The position numbers and the translations under genes were made by a program. A stretch of DNA of 64,000 nt from Prasinococcaceae sp. CCMP 1430 (Eukaryota > Plantae > Prasinodermophyta), in the NCBI GenBank assembly GCA_013416795.1, contig RQSC01001312.1, positions 3,640-67,639 of the forward strand, written 5' to 3'. Under the pieces are notes generated by a model. That model saw only the letters and a list, made by a program, of their open reading frames with translations. It was not told where the DNA came from and ran no database searches. Positions 44,265 through 55,242 of the stretch are shown in pieces. Position 1 is the stretch's first letter. Each line of letters opens with the position of its first letter.

Positions 44265-44928
44265 TTACTTGATGTGCGCGTTGGGCACGCTCGACGCGCA
44301 CGCGCCCGCGGCGCACTTGAGCGGCACGCCCTTGTAGCACGCGGCGCCCTGGGCGTCGGTGGTGAGGTCGGGCGCGACCTTCTCGAACTGCTTCTTCTTG
44401 GGCACGAGCACCTCGGCGGGCTCGCCGTCGAAGCCCTCGGCGGTGACGCGCTCGCCGAGCGCGGCGCCCTCGGGCGGGACCACGAAGTCGACCACCGTGT
44501 GGTCGGCGTTCGAGGCGCACAGCACCATGCCCTGCGACGCCACGTCGCGCATCTTGGACGGCTTGACGTTGGCCAGCACGAGCACGCGCGCGCCCAGCAT
44601 CTGCGCCTCCGTCTTGAACTTCACGAGGCCCGACACCACCTGCCGCGGCCCGCTCTCCTCGCCCATGTCGATCTTCTCCACCCACAGCGAGTCCGCGTTG
44701 GGGTGGCGCTCCACGGACACGATCTTGCCCACGCGGATGTTCAGCACGCTCACGTCGACCTCCTTGGCCTTCATGTCGCCGCCCTTGGCCGCCTTGGCGT
44801 CGCCGCCCTGGGCGGCCGCCTTGGCGGCCTTCTTCGCGGCCTTCTCCGCCTTCTTGTTGGCCATCTTCTTGCCCTCGGCGGCCGCGCCCGCCGCCGCGGG
44901 CGCGGTGGCCGCCGCCGCGGCCTTCGCC
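44265..44928 (-). CDS. EMAP-II/Arc1p-like tRNA-binding domain (C-terminus of an aaRS or aaRS cofactor); 5' part in gap
   Basis: LNIRVGKIVSVERHPNADSLWVEKIDMGE, RQVVSGL, LANVKPSKMR...SQGMVLCAS, PPEGAALGERV. Confidence 0.9.
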
Positions 44929-45830
44929 TNNNNNNNNNNNNNNNNNNNNNNNNNNNNNNNNNNNNNNNNNNNNNNNNNNNNNNNNNNNNNNNNNNNNNNN
45001 NNNNNNNNNNNNNNNNNNNNNNNNNNNNNNNNNNNNNNNNNNNNNNNNNNNNNNNNNNNNNNNNNNNNNNNNNNNNNNNNNNNNNNNNNNNNNNNNNNNN
45101 NNNNNNNNNNNNNNNNNNNNNNNNNNNNNNNNNNNNNNNNNNNNNNNNNNNNNNNNNNNNNNNNNNNNNNNNNNNNNNNNNNNNNNNNNNNNNNNNNNNN
45201 NNNNNNNNNNNNNNNNNNNNNNNNNNNNNNNNNNNNNNNNNNNNNNNNNNNNNNNNNNNNNNNNNNNNNNNNNNNNNNNNNNNNNNNNNNNNNNNNNNNN
45301 NNNNNNNNNNNNNNNNNNNNNNNNNNNNNNNNNNNNNNNNNNNNNNNNNNNNNNNNNNNNNNNNNNNNNNNNNNNNNNNNNNNNNNNNNNNNNNNNNNNN
45401 NNNNNNNNNNNNNNNNNNNNNNNNNNNNNNNNNNNNNNNNNNNNNNNNNNNNNNNNNNNNNNNNNNNNNNNNNNNNNNNNNNNNNNNNNNNNNNNNNNNN
45501 NNNNNNNNNNNNNNNNNNNNNNNNNNNNNNNNNNNNNNNNNNNNNNNNNNNNNNNNNNNNNNNNNNNNNNNNNNNNNNNNNNNNNNNNNNNNNNNNNNNN
45601 NNNNNNNNNNNNNNNNNNNNNNNNNNNNNNNNNNNNNNNNNNNNNNNNNNNNNNNNNNNNNNNNNNNNNNNNNNNNNNNNNNNNNNNNNNNNNNNNNNNN
45701 NNNNNNNNNNNNNNNNNNNNNNNNNNNNNNNNNNNNNNNNNNNNNNNNNNNNNNNNNNNNNNNNNNNNNNNNNNNNNNNNNNNNNNNNNNNNNNNNNNNN
45801 NNNNNNNNNNNNNNNNNNNNNNNNNNNNNN

Positions 45831-45890
<60 letters not shown>

Positions 45891-45970
45891 CACACACACA
45901 CGCACACACGCACGCACGCGCGTGCTGGCGAGCCGTGCCGCCCGCCGCCGCCAGCCTCGGGCCCTCCCCA

Positions 45971-46309
45971 CGTCAAAACGCACGCATTCCCTCGCGCCAA
46001 TGCGTTTTGACCTCCGCGCGCGTCACAGCGCACGTCACAGCGCGGGGCTGGGGCACGTTTGGGTTGGGTGTTTGGGGTTTGGTGTTGGGGTTTGTGATTT
46101 GGACCTCCCACGTCAAAACGCACGCATTCCCTCGCGCCAATGCGTTTTGGCCTCCGCGCACGTCACAACGCACCCATTCCCTCGCGCCTATGCGTTTTGA
46201 CCTCCGCGCACGTCACAGCGCACCCATTCCCTCGCGCCGATGCGTTTTGACGTCGCGCACGTCAAAACGCACGCATTCCGTCGCGCCAATGCGTTTTGGC
46301 CTCCGCGCA
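45971..46309. repeat. 50-bp minisatellite, five copies (one, then four in tandem), with G/T-rich tracts
   Basis: Unit CGTCAAAACGCACGCATTCCCTCGCGCCAATGCGTTTTGACCTCCGCGCA at 45971, 46111, 46161, 46211 and 46260. Confidence 0.92.
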
Positions 46310-46792
46310 CGTCGCAGCGCACGCGCAGCGCGGGCTGGGCCCCGTTTGGGGTGGGGGTTTAGGGTTGTTGTGTTAGGTTTTATTTTCGTCGGCCGCGTTC
46401 CCCGGGCCACGGCGCGCGCGCGCGCTTCCGGGCGGCGCAGGCACACGGCAGGGGGGTGCAGGAAGGGGGGGGGAGGGGGGACAGCAGGAGGCGGTGGCGC
46501 AGCCGTTCGGTTAAGAGGGAGGTCGGGAGGGGCGCGGTTTGTGGTGCTGCCTCCGTTCGCGGGCGGGCGAGGCGGGGGCGAGCGAACGGGCGAGCGGGCG
46601 AGCGGGCGGCGGGGGCGGCAGGCTGCGCGCTCCGCACGCGCGCCACATCATTGGCGTCGGTGGACACTGGTGCTGCGGGCGCGCGCGCGGGGCCGCAGAG
46701 GCGGGAGGGCCGGCCGGGGGGCATCGAGCCGGCGTCCACGCGCGCGTGTCAATAGGCTCGCCGCCTTTGGCTTCGCTCGGGCTTTTCGCGCG

Positions 46793-49081
46793 ATGGTGGG
46801 CGGGCGGCGCGCGGCCGTCGCCGCGGCGCTCGCGTCGGCGGCGTGCCTCGCCGTGTCCGCGTCGGCGGCGCCGACGCTCGTCGAGCTCGGCTTGCCGCGG
46901 CAAGGGCCCAATGCTGCGGCGACTCCCGAGGACCACGCGCGCGAGGCTCGCGCGCGCCAGCTCGCGATGGGATCGCGCGAGGCCGCGAGGCCCATGCGCG
47001 AGCAGCTCGAGGGCGCGCTCGCTGCGACGTTCCCTGGAGAGGTCGCCGAGGAGGGCGCTCGCCGCGCGCTCGATGAAGCGGAGCCAGCGCCGATGCGACT
47101 CATGCTCTCTTTCCAGCTGGACGATGCGCCGCTGAGCGCCGACCACAAGGCGTTCCTCACGGACACGGTCGGGCCGCTGCTTCGCGACATCGTTGCGGAC
47201 ATGCTGAAGGTTCGCAAGCCCGTCGCCGAGGGGCAGGCGCTCAAGATCCCCGGTACGTGCGAGGCCGCGTGGTCGTTCGGGGAGGGATTGCCGACACCGT
47301 GCGGCCGCGTGACGGCGCCGTCGCAGGCGACCTGCGGCTACGCGGTGCACGATCCCCGGTACCTCGGCGAGACGGAGGTGTGTGACTGTTCGGTGGCCTT
47401 CACTCCCGACGACTGTGCGTGTGCGCCCGCGTACGAGGCTGGCGAGGGCGCCGCCGACGCCGACTTCATCATGTACGTCACGGCGTACGAGTGGGGCCCG
47501 TGCATTGGCACTTCAAACTTTGCGTTCGCGAGCAGCTGCGTGTCAGACTACGATGTCATGTACGGCTCGGCCAACCGGCCGCTGTCAGGCAACATCAACT
47601 TTTGCCCATCGATGACGGCGACGAGCGCCTCGGACGCCATGGCGATGAGGCCGTCGCCAGCGCCCGGAGCGGCACCCACCACCAACCTGGTCGCATCGCA
47701 GCTCCTCGACTTTGGGGTGCACGAGGCGCTGCATGCCCTATTTTTCAGCCCGCTGCTCTTTGGGGAGTTTGTGGACCCCGCCACCAACGAGCAACTCCCG
47801 CTGTCGGCGATTGTCAGCCAGGACGAGTACGGACAGCAAGCAATCGTCACCCCGCGGGTGGTCAGCGAGGCGCGCGACTACTTCGACTGCGACACCATGA
47901 CCGGAATGCCACTTGAGGACGCCGGTGGCGAGTCGTCAGAGGATTCGCACTGGGACCAGGTGGTGCTCTACGATGAGATCATGTCCTCGACGGGGTTGGT
48001 GGGCATCAACTCCTGGATCAGTCGCATGACGCTAGCCCTCGCCGAGGACAGCGGCTGGTACTTGCCGGACTACTCGATGGCCGGAGCGTCGCCCTACGGC
48101 TACGCCAGGGGCTGCCCCCTGGCGATGCACCATCCCATGAAGGAGGCCGGCGGCGCGAACTGCCCGGCGATGGATGGCCTCTGCGCGCCAGCTGCCGGTG
48201 CGCAGCTGGGCTGCTCGTACGACTCGCGCTTCCAAGCGGGCTGCGCGGAGATCCCAAACTCGGCCTGCGGCGTCATGCTGGGCTACGTGAACAAGGACTG
48301 CACCAACCCCGACCACTTGTGGAACCCCTCCACCGAGACGGCCTTCGGCGAGACCTTTGGCCTTAACTCGCGCTGCTTGCCGAAGGCGGGCGAATGGGTA
48401 CGCGACGACGGCTACTACGTTGAGGCGGAGGCGGGCTGCTACTCGAGCATGTGCGAGGTTGACGACGCCACCGGTGAGACGCGTTTCATGGTGGGCATCA
48501 ACGGCAAATACCTGCACTGCCCCTCGGGCGGCTACGTCGATGCGAGCGCCTTCGGCGGTTTCATTGAGGGCCAGCTCGGGCCCTGCCCGGACAACGAGCA
48601 GGTTTGCTCCTTCCATGGCTGCGACAATGATTGCAGCGGCCGTGGCGCATGCATGCGCGGCGTGTGCCGCTGCTTCCTAGGCGCAGCGGGCCCCGACTGC
48701 TCGCGCGATCGGTGCATGCCCGGCGACACGCAGTGCGAAGCGGAGCTCAGCGCACTCATGACAGAGGCGGCGGGGGGCGAAGGCGAGGGCGGCGGGGAGG
48801 GTAAGCTAAGCGACGGCGGCAGCGAGACCGTATCTGAGGCTGACAACGGCGGCGGCGACAAGGAGGGGGCCACTGAGGGGGGCAACAAGAAGAAGGCAAA
48901 GAAAAGGTCCAAGAAGAAGAAGACGAAGAAGTCCAAGAAGAAGAAGTCCAAACTCAAACTCTCCGCACAGCAGGTCAAGAAGCTCTGCAGAAAAGCGAAG
49001 AGCAAAAAGAAGTGCAAAAAGGGCGATGCCAAGAAACACTGCGTGTACAACAAGCAGAAGAGCAAATGCACTCCCAAGTGA
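46793..49081 (+). CDS. Leishmanolysin-like (M8/GP63) metalloprotease with EGF-like region and poly-Lys tail
   Basis: Signal peptide; RPLSGNINFCP; HEALHALFFS (HExxH); LEDAGGESSEDSHW; DEIM; TLALAEDSGWY; CSGRGACMRGVCRCFLGAAGPDC. Confidence 0.9.
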   Translation: MVGGRRAAVAAALASAACLAVSASAAPTLVELGLPRQGPNAAATPEDHAREARARQLAMGSREAARPMREQLEGALAATFPGEVAEEGARRALDEAEPAPMRLMLSFQLDDAPLSADHKAFLTDTVGPLLRDIVADMLKVRKPVAEGQALKIPGTCEAAWSFGEGLPTPCGRVTAPSQATCGYAVHDPRYLGETEVCDCSVAFTPDDCACAPAYEAGEGAADADFIMYVTAYEWGPCIGTSNFAFASSCVSDYDVMYGSANRPLSGNINFCPSMTATSASDAMAMRPSPAPGAAPTTNLVASQLLDFGVHEALHALFFSPLLFGEFVDPATNEQLPLSAIVSQDEYGQQAIVTPRVVSEARDYFDCDTMTGMPLEDAGGESSEDSHWDQVVLYDEIMSSTGLVGINSWISRMTLALAEDSGWYLPDYSMAGASPYGYARGCPLAMHHPMKEAGGANCPAMDGLCAPAAGAQLGCSYDSRFQAGCAEIPNSACGVMLGYVNKDCTNPDHLWNPSTETAFGETFGLNSRCLPKAGEWVRDDGYYVEAEAGCYSSMCEVDDATGETRFMVGINGKYLHCPSGGYVDASAFGGFIEGQLGPCPDNEQVCSFHGCDNDCSGRGACMRGVCRCFLGAAGPDCSRDRCMPGDTQCEAELSALMTEAAGGEGEGGGEGKLSDGGSETVSEADNGGGDKEGATEGGNKKKAKKRSKKKKTKKSKKKKSKLKLSAQQVKKLCRKAKSKKKCKKGDAKKHCVYNKQKSKCTPK

Positions 49082-49263
49082 GACGAAGCTCAGGTGGGAG
49101 GCAAGCTGCCCTACTCCAGCATGCGCACGCACAGCTTAATACGACGGCGGAGGGTCAACACGCGGGCGCCGCGCGTCCAATGTACTGTACGCGATAACGA
49201 GTATCTGTTTGTACTGTTGTTTGCATTGCCTGCGTTGGCGCGCTTCTGTGCGTCCGCGTGCGG

Positions 49264-51644
49264 TCACGCATCGTCTCCATCGATGTCGTCAAGCGTGCGC
49301 GTGCCAGTTGGCAGTTCGAATGTCGACGCCTCAAGGCCGGCGCTGGTGGTGACGCTCGAGCCCTGAACAGACGCACACGAGCGAGCGACCGTGCCGGCTG
49401 CGCCATCGGCGGTACCCGCGTATATGCTGCAATCGATGGCCCTCCGGGAGTCGTCGTCAGTGCCCAAGTCGCACAGGTCGAGCGGTTGCAGAATGTCCTG
49501 CCAATTGAAGCTGCCATCGTCCGTACGGCTGGTTTCCCCATCGTCGCCAACCTCGCCTACGCGCTCCAGGGCCGCTTCCCAGGCGGCGCGCACCACGCCA
49601 CGCTTGACCCGATTATCGACGGGTCCGCGCTTGCCGAGCGCGACGTGACGGTTCACTTCAAGTAGCCAGGGCGTGCCGCTCTGATCAAGGAGAAGATCCA
49701 CGCCGAGCACCTTGGGCACAGCCGCGCGGTCGGCGTCGGCCGCGCTCACGTCGCCTACCTTCTCTTCAAGTGACGAGCTCGCCGCCCGCAGCGCCACAGC
49801 GCATGCCCGCACGCACGCCTGCCATATCGTGGCGTAGTGGAGTCCCCGGGCGGCCACCAGCTTGGCGAGCGCGCTCAGCGGGCGTGTGTTACCCTCCGCC
49901 TCGGCCGTAGCGAGGCTGTTGCTGCCAGCGACAAAGTAGTCGGCGTGAGTGTTGTTGAACGACTGGTTGGTGATGTGCGCGTGCATGTCTATGTCGGCTG
50001 CCTCTTGCGCCTGCGCGTGCTCGCCCTCGTGCGGCGCGTAAGGCGCCGCCGCCAGAAGGCAAAGCCCCGTGCGGGCCACGTACGCACGCAGCGGCGCGAG
50101 ACGCGTAGTCACTATGTAAAGGCGCAGCGAGAACTTGCGACCGTCGAGCAACAGAGGGCGCTCCACGTAGCGCTGCACGACGCAATCCGCGGCGCTCACG
50201 AGCGCCTGTCGTGCTCGCGTGCTGTGCAGCTCACCAAGCAGCACGTTGCCAGCACCGCCATGGCCCATGCGGTCCTTCAGAATCCAGAGCGGCGCGCGCA
50301 CGCCGTTGCCTGCGTGCGCGCGCACAGCGGCATCATGTGCACGGAGCGCGGTCGCCTGGTCGGGCATCTCGAATGTCGCCGGCGCTACCACCGCGCACGC
50401 GTGCGGGAGGCCGGGCGCGCCGAGGATGCGGTGCAGGCCGACCTTGTCGTCAATGCTCCTCCACTGCGGCGCCTCGAGCTTGTTGTTGGCCGCGCACAAT
50501 GAGTCTTGGGGCTCGCAGCCCGCGTCGAAGCGCCCGGCATGTGCCTCACGCAGCAGCGCGCGAAGCGCCGCGAGGGCGCTCGTTCGCTCGTTCGCAAGCA
50601 GTTCCAGCTCTTGGCTACCATCAGCGCTGCCACCCATGGTGCCTGCGCCCCCGGCCGCGCGCACCGCGAGCGCCGCCGCATCGCATGCACGTACGAGCAT
50701 GAACGCCCATGGCGCCTGCCTCGGCGCGCGCTCGTGCGCTGCGGCGAGAACCCGCACCGCCTCGAGCGCGTCCGCCCGCCTGCCGAGCGCGAGCAGCGCC
50801 CATCCACGCATCCCCAAGGGGTACGCGCCGAACGCCGCCGCGAGCGGCGTGCCCCCCACCACCTCGGCGTGCAGGCGCGCGTGCGAAAGCGCTCCCACGC
50901 CGCGACGCGCGCACTGATTACTGCTGGGGTCGCTGACGTCGACGCCACGCTCGCACCTGTCTTCGACAGTGTGCACCGCCGCACGCCCAGGCTCGCGCAG
51001 CGCGTCGCGCGCGCGCCCCATGGCGTGCATGCTCTCGGCCACATACACAGCAAGCCGTGCATCGAGCGGATCAGCGTCTCGCGCGCGGCCGAAGGCTTCG
51101 AGCGCGCCCGCGGGGTCGCCGAGCGCACTGAGCACCACGCCGAGCTTGCGCAGTGCGGGCACGAAGCGCGGCGCCTTTCGCACGGCTGCACGCAGCCACG
51201 GCAGGCCGTCGCGATTTCGCCCGGCGCCGTGCAGCTCGGCGCCCAGGTTCACATCCGCGAGGAACATGGCGTCATCGTGGCGCAGCGCGAGCCGCCACAG
51301 CTCGCGGGCTCGCACGCGGTTGCCGGCGTCGAGCGCTTCGTCTGCGGCGACCATGCAGCGCGCAGCATCGGGCGACACCGCGGCTGCGCCGCTCAGCGCG
51401 CCAGCGCCGCTGCCTCGCGCCGCTGCGTTGAGCGCGTCCTCAGCGACAGCAAGTAGCGCGCGCGCGGGTGCGGCGTCGCCGGCATGCGCACTGCTCGAGA
51501 TTGCGCGACCGCACGCGAGTACCGCGCCGAGCGCGTGTCCGCCGGCGTGCAGTGCGCTCGCGAGGCGGTAGTACGCGCGCGCGAGCGCGGCGGCGCCCTC
51601 CGCGCCGCCGCGCGCGAACGCCACCGCCTCCTGCGCGGCCGCGG
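49264..51644 (-). CDS. TPR plus tubulin-tyrosine ligase family (TTLL) protein; 5' part in gap
   Basis: TPR helices, then WILK..MGHGG.G, VVQRYVERPLLLDGRKFSLRLY, HITNQS, LGVDLLLD..G.PWLLEVN. Confidence 0.85.
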
Positions 51645-52335
51645 NNNNNNNNNNNNNNNNNNNNNNNNNNNNNNNNNNNNNNNNNNNNNNNNNNNNNNNN
51701 NNNNNNNNNNNNNNNNNNNNNNNNNNNNNNNNNNNNNNNNNNNNNNNNNNNNNNNNNNNNNNNNNNNNNNNNNNNNNNNNNNNNNNNNNNNNNNNNNNNN
51801 NNNNNNNNNNNNNNNNNNNNNNNNNNNNNNNNNNNNNNNNNNNNNNNNNNNNNNNNNNNNNNNNNNNNNNNNNNNNNNNNNNNNNNNNNNNNNNNNNNNN
51901 NNNNNNNNNNNNNNNNNNNNNNNNNNNNNNNNNNNNNNNNNNNNNNNNNNNNNNNNNNNNNNNNNNNNNNNNNNNNNNNNNNNNNNNNNNNNNNNNNNNN
52001 NNNNNNNNNNNNNNNNNNNNNNNNNNNNNNNNNNNNNNNNNNNNNNNNNNNNNNNNNNNNNNNNNNNNNNNNNNNNNNNNNNNNNNNNNNNNNNNNNNNN
52101 NNNNNNNNNNNNNNNNNNNNNNNNNNNNNNNNNNNNNNNNNNNNNNNNNNNNNNNNNNNNNNNNNNNNNNNNNNNNNNNNNNNNNNNNNNNNNNNNNNNN
52201 NNNNNNNNNNNNNNNNNNNNNNNNNNNNNNNNNNNNNNNNNNNNNNNNNNNNNNNNNNNNNNNNNNNNNNNNNNNNNNNNNNNNNNNNNNNNNNNNNNNN
52301 NNNNNNNNNNNNNNNNNNNNNNNNNNNNNNNNNNN

Positions 52336-53779
52336 CCGCCGGCGCCCGCGGCGGCGCCGAGGGCCTCCGTGGCGCTCGCCGCGAGGCCCGGGAGCGCGGG
52401 CGGCGTGGGCGGCGGTGCGTAGCGCACCGAGAAGATGTCGGCGCCCGCGTCCAGCAGCTCGAGCAGGTAGTCGTCGGCCGTCTTCAGCGCATCGCACAGG
52501 CCCTTCTCCAGGGCGTCCTCGCCGAACCACGTCTCGCCGGTGGCCACCTCGTCGAGGTCCAACTGCGGTCGGTTCTTCCCAACGAAGCCGCGGAAGAGCT
52601 TCAGGATGTCCGCCACGTCCTCCTTGCTCTTTGCGAGGTCCTCCTCGGTGACCTTCTTCGTCGGCGTCAGCGTGCGCTTGTACTTGCCCGCCGTCACCGT
52701 CGTGAACTCGATGCCCTCGTCCTTGAGGCGCTTGTACACGTTCGGCTGCTCCGAGATGACGCCGATGGAGCCCAGCACGGCGAAGGGCGAGGCGTTGATG
52801 GTGTCGCCCACGCACGCCATCATGTACCCGCCCGAGGCCGCCACCTGCTCGACGTTGATGGTGAGCTTGATGCCGGCGGCCTTGATGCGCGCCAGCTGCG
52901 CGGCCGCGAGGCCGTAGCCGGTGACGGTGCCGCCGCCGGAGGACAGCACCACGACGCACTCATCACCGCGCTCGCCGTCGGCGCCGCGGATGACGGCGGT
53001 GACCTCCTCGCGCAGTGCGTTCACCTGCGACGCCTGGATGTCGCCCTTGAAGGTCAGCACGAACACGCGCTTGGGCCCCGCCGCGGCGGCGTCCGCGCCC
53101 GCGGCGTGCGCCTCCCGACGCGGCAGCAGCGAGGGCGCAGCGAAGCCCGGCGCGGACTCGGACGCCAGCAGGGCCGTCAGGCGCTCGCGCTGCTCGCCGT
53201 CGAGCGCGGCCGCCACCGCGGAGACGTAGCGCGCCTCGGCGCTCGCGCGCGCCTTGAGCGCCTTCTCCATCTCCTTCTCCAGCGGGCTAGCGCCAAAGGA
53301 CGGCATCTTGAAGCCGCCCTCGCCGTCACCCGCCTCGCCGTCGCTGGCGCCGTCGCCCTTGCCGTCCGCCTTCTTCTTGGCGGCCTTGGCGACGGCCTCC
53401 GCGCGCATCGCGCGTGCCACGCGGTCGAGCTCGGCGTTTGCGGCCGCGCCCGCGCGCGCCCACTGCGCGTCGGCCGCGTCGAGCGCGGCGAGAGCCTCCG
53501 TGTCGAGGCTCTGCACGAGCGCGGGGCCGACGCGGCGCTCGAGCGCCCGGCGACGCGCGGCGGAGAGCGCCGCGCCGCCGCCGGCGGTGGCTTTCTGCAG
53601 CGAGTACGAGTAGCTGTCCAGCCTCGCGTTGAGCTTCTCCACCTTGAGGTACTCGGTCGGCGCGCCGCGCGCGGCCTTCTTGCCGCCGAGGCCCAGGCCG
53701 CCCAGGCCTCCGCCGCCCCGCCCGCCGGGCGCGCGGCCGAGCTCCTCGTCATCGAGCTCGGCCGCGCGCGCGAGGGCGG
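52336..53779 (-). CDS. sohB: S49 peptidase, SohB-like; both ends in gaps
   Basis: VFVLTFKGDIQASQVNALREEVTAV, LSSGGGTVTGYGLAAAQL, VAASGGYMMAC, PFAVLGSIGV, AGKYKRTLT, VATGETWFG. Confidence 0.9.
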
Positions 53780-54796
53780 NNNNNNNNNNNNNNNNNNNNN
53801 NNNNNNNNNNNNNNNNNNNNNNNNNNNNNNNNNNNNNNNNNNNNNNNNNNNNNNNNNNNNNNNNNNNNNNNNNNNNNNNNNNNNNNNNNNNNNNNNNNNN
53901 NNNNNNNNNNNNNNNNNNNNNNNNNNNNNNNNNNNNNNNNNNNNNNNNNNNNNNNNNNNNNNNNNNNNNNNNNNNNNNNGCGCTCCCGCGCTCCCGCGGA
54001 ACCGCGCGCCCGCGAAACGCCCCGCCGCGGGTTTTCGCTCCGGCCCGGAACGCCATCGGGGCGAACGCGCGCGCGCCGCCCGAAAACGCGGGGGGTGCGC
54101 GCGCGAGGAGGGGACGGAAAAAGATCTTTTTTTTTTTTTCCCTCTCCCCAATCGCTCGGCGCGGCGCGCCCCGCGCGAGGGCGGGGAAGAGCCGCCGACC
54201 AACCAAACAAACGAAGGGAACAGGAAGATTCGGAGGAGTGAGCTGTGCTGTGGGAGGACGCGTCCAAAGGGTGGCATGGAACCGGGCGGTTTTCTTTGGA
54301 AGGGTTGAAACAGGGTTCACGGGAGACGCGGCGCCGCGCGGGCGCGCGCTCCGAAAGGCGCGAGGATTGAAATTCTAAAAGACGTCAAAATCACACACGG
54401 GAGACATCGTCAACCACGGCGAATGTGGGTTCGGGTGAGAAATGAGGTCAAATAACACAACGGGAGACTTCGTGCCGCCACCCTCATCCAAGCAAGGCGT
54501 TTTGACGCGCGCCTGCGCGCGCGCGGAAAGCCGTTTGAAAAGAGCCATCAAAAGCGGTGAGGGGGGGGGGCGCCGAGGGTTTTTACCCTACGTTTGATGA
54601 CCCTGCAACCGAAAGTGCGATGCGGTTCGTGTTTGGGGTTAGGGTTCAGTTTTCTTGCGGTCGTGTGTGCGCGGTGCGGGCGAGGGCGGCAGGGCGGTGG
54701 TGGGTGTGGGTGCCAGACGAGCGCCTCGGAGCGCTGCCGGGCGCGCCTCGGGGACTCTACCGGGTCGGTTCCGCGCGAGGCGTGGCGAGGGCGAGG

Positions 54797-55242
54797 ATGT
54801 CGCCGGCCTTGGCGCCGGCGGGCCGCGCGGCGGCCGCCGCGGCGGCACGGCGTGGACGGGCTGGGCGGCGGCCGCCGCCGTTCTGGCGGCGGGCGCGCCC
54901 TTCGAGGCGCGCGCCGCGCCTGCCGCCTCGCGCTTCGACGGCACGTACGCGGACACCAACCACCCGGGGTGTGCGCGCACGATTAGCGACGGGGTGCTCA
55001 GCGGCGAGGACCCCGTACCGTTCGTGCCGGCGCCCGGCGACGGCACGCCCGGCTCGCCCTGCACGCCCGGCGGCGAGACCAAGCCGTGGAGCATCAGGCT
55101 AAAGGAGCAGGATGAGCGCGCGGGCACCGTGTTCATCAACTTCGATGAGAAGGACGGCAGCGGCGAGGCGTTTACCGCCAGGCTGACCGCGGACGGCGGC
55201 CTGCGCATCAACGACACCACGCTGTGGCCGCGCCTCGAGTGA
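54797..55242 (+). CDS. Small putative thylakoid-lumen / secreted protein; the candidate ATG is out of frame with the mature part
   Basis: AAAAAVLAAGAPFEARA (A-x-A cleavage), then FDGTYADTNHPGCARTI...WPRLE*. Confidence 0.6.

Noticed and set aside
42859-45909. 1016-aa ORF linking (CA)n, the tRNA-binding region and MED6
   Set aside because: It crosses a ~900-N gap and reads the tRNA-binding gene in the wrong frame.
45971-46309. CRISPR-like array
   Set aside because: Units are head-to-tail with no unique spacers, the context is eukaryotic, and there are no cas genes.
49264-54320. SohB-TTLL giant ORFs
   Set aside because: They are joined across N gaps; SohB and TTLL are separate genes.
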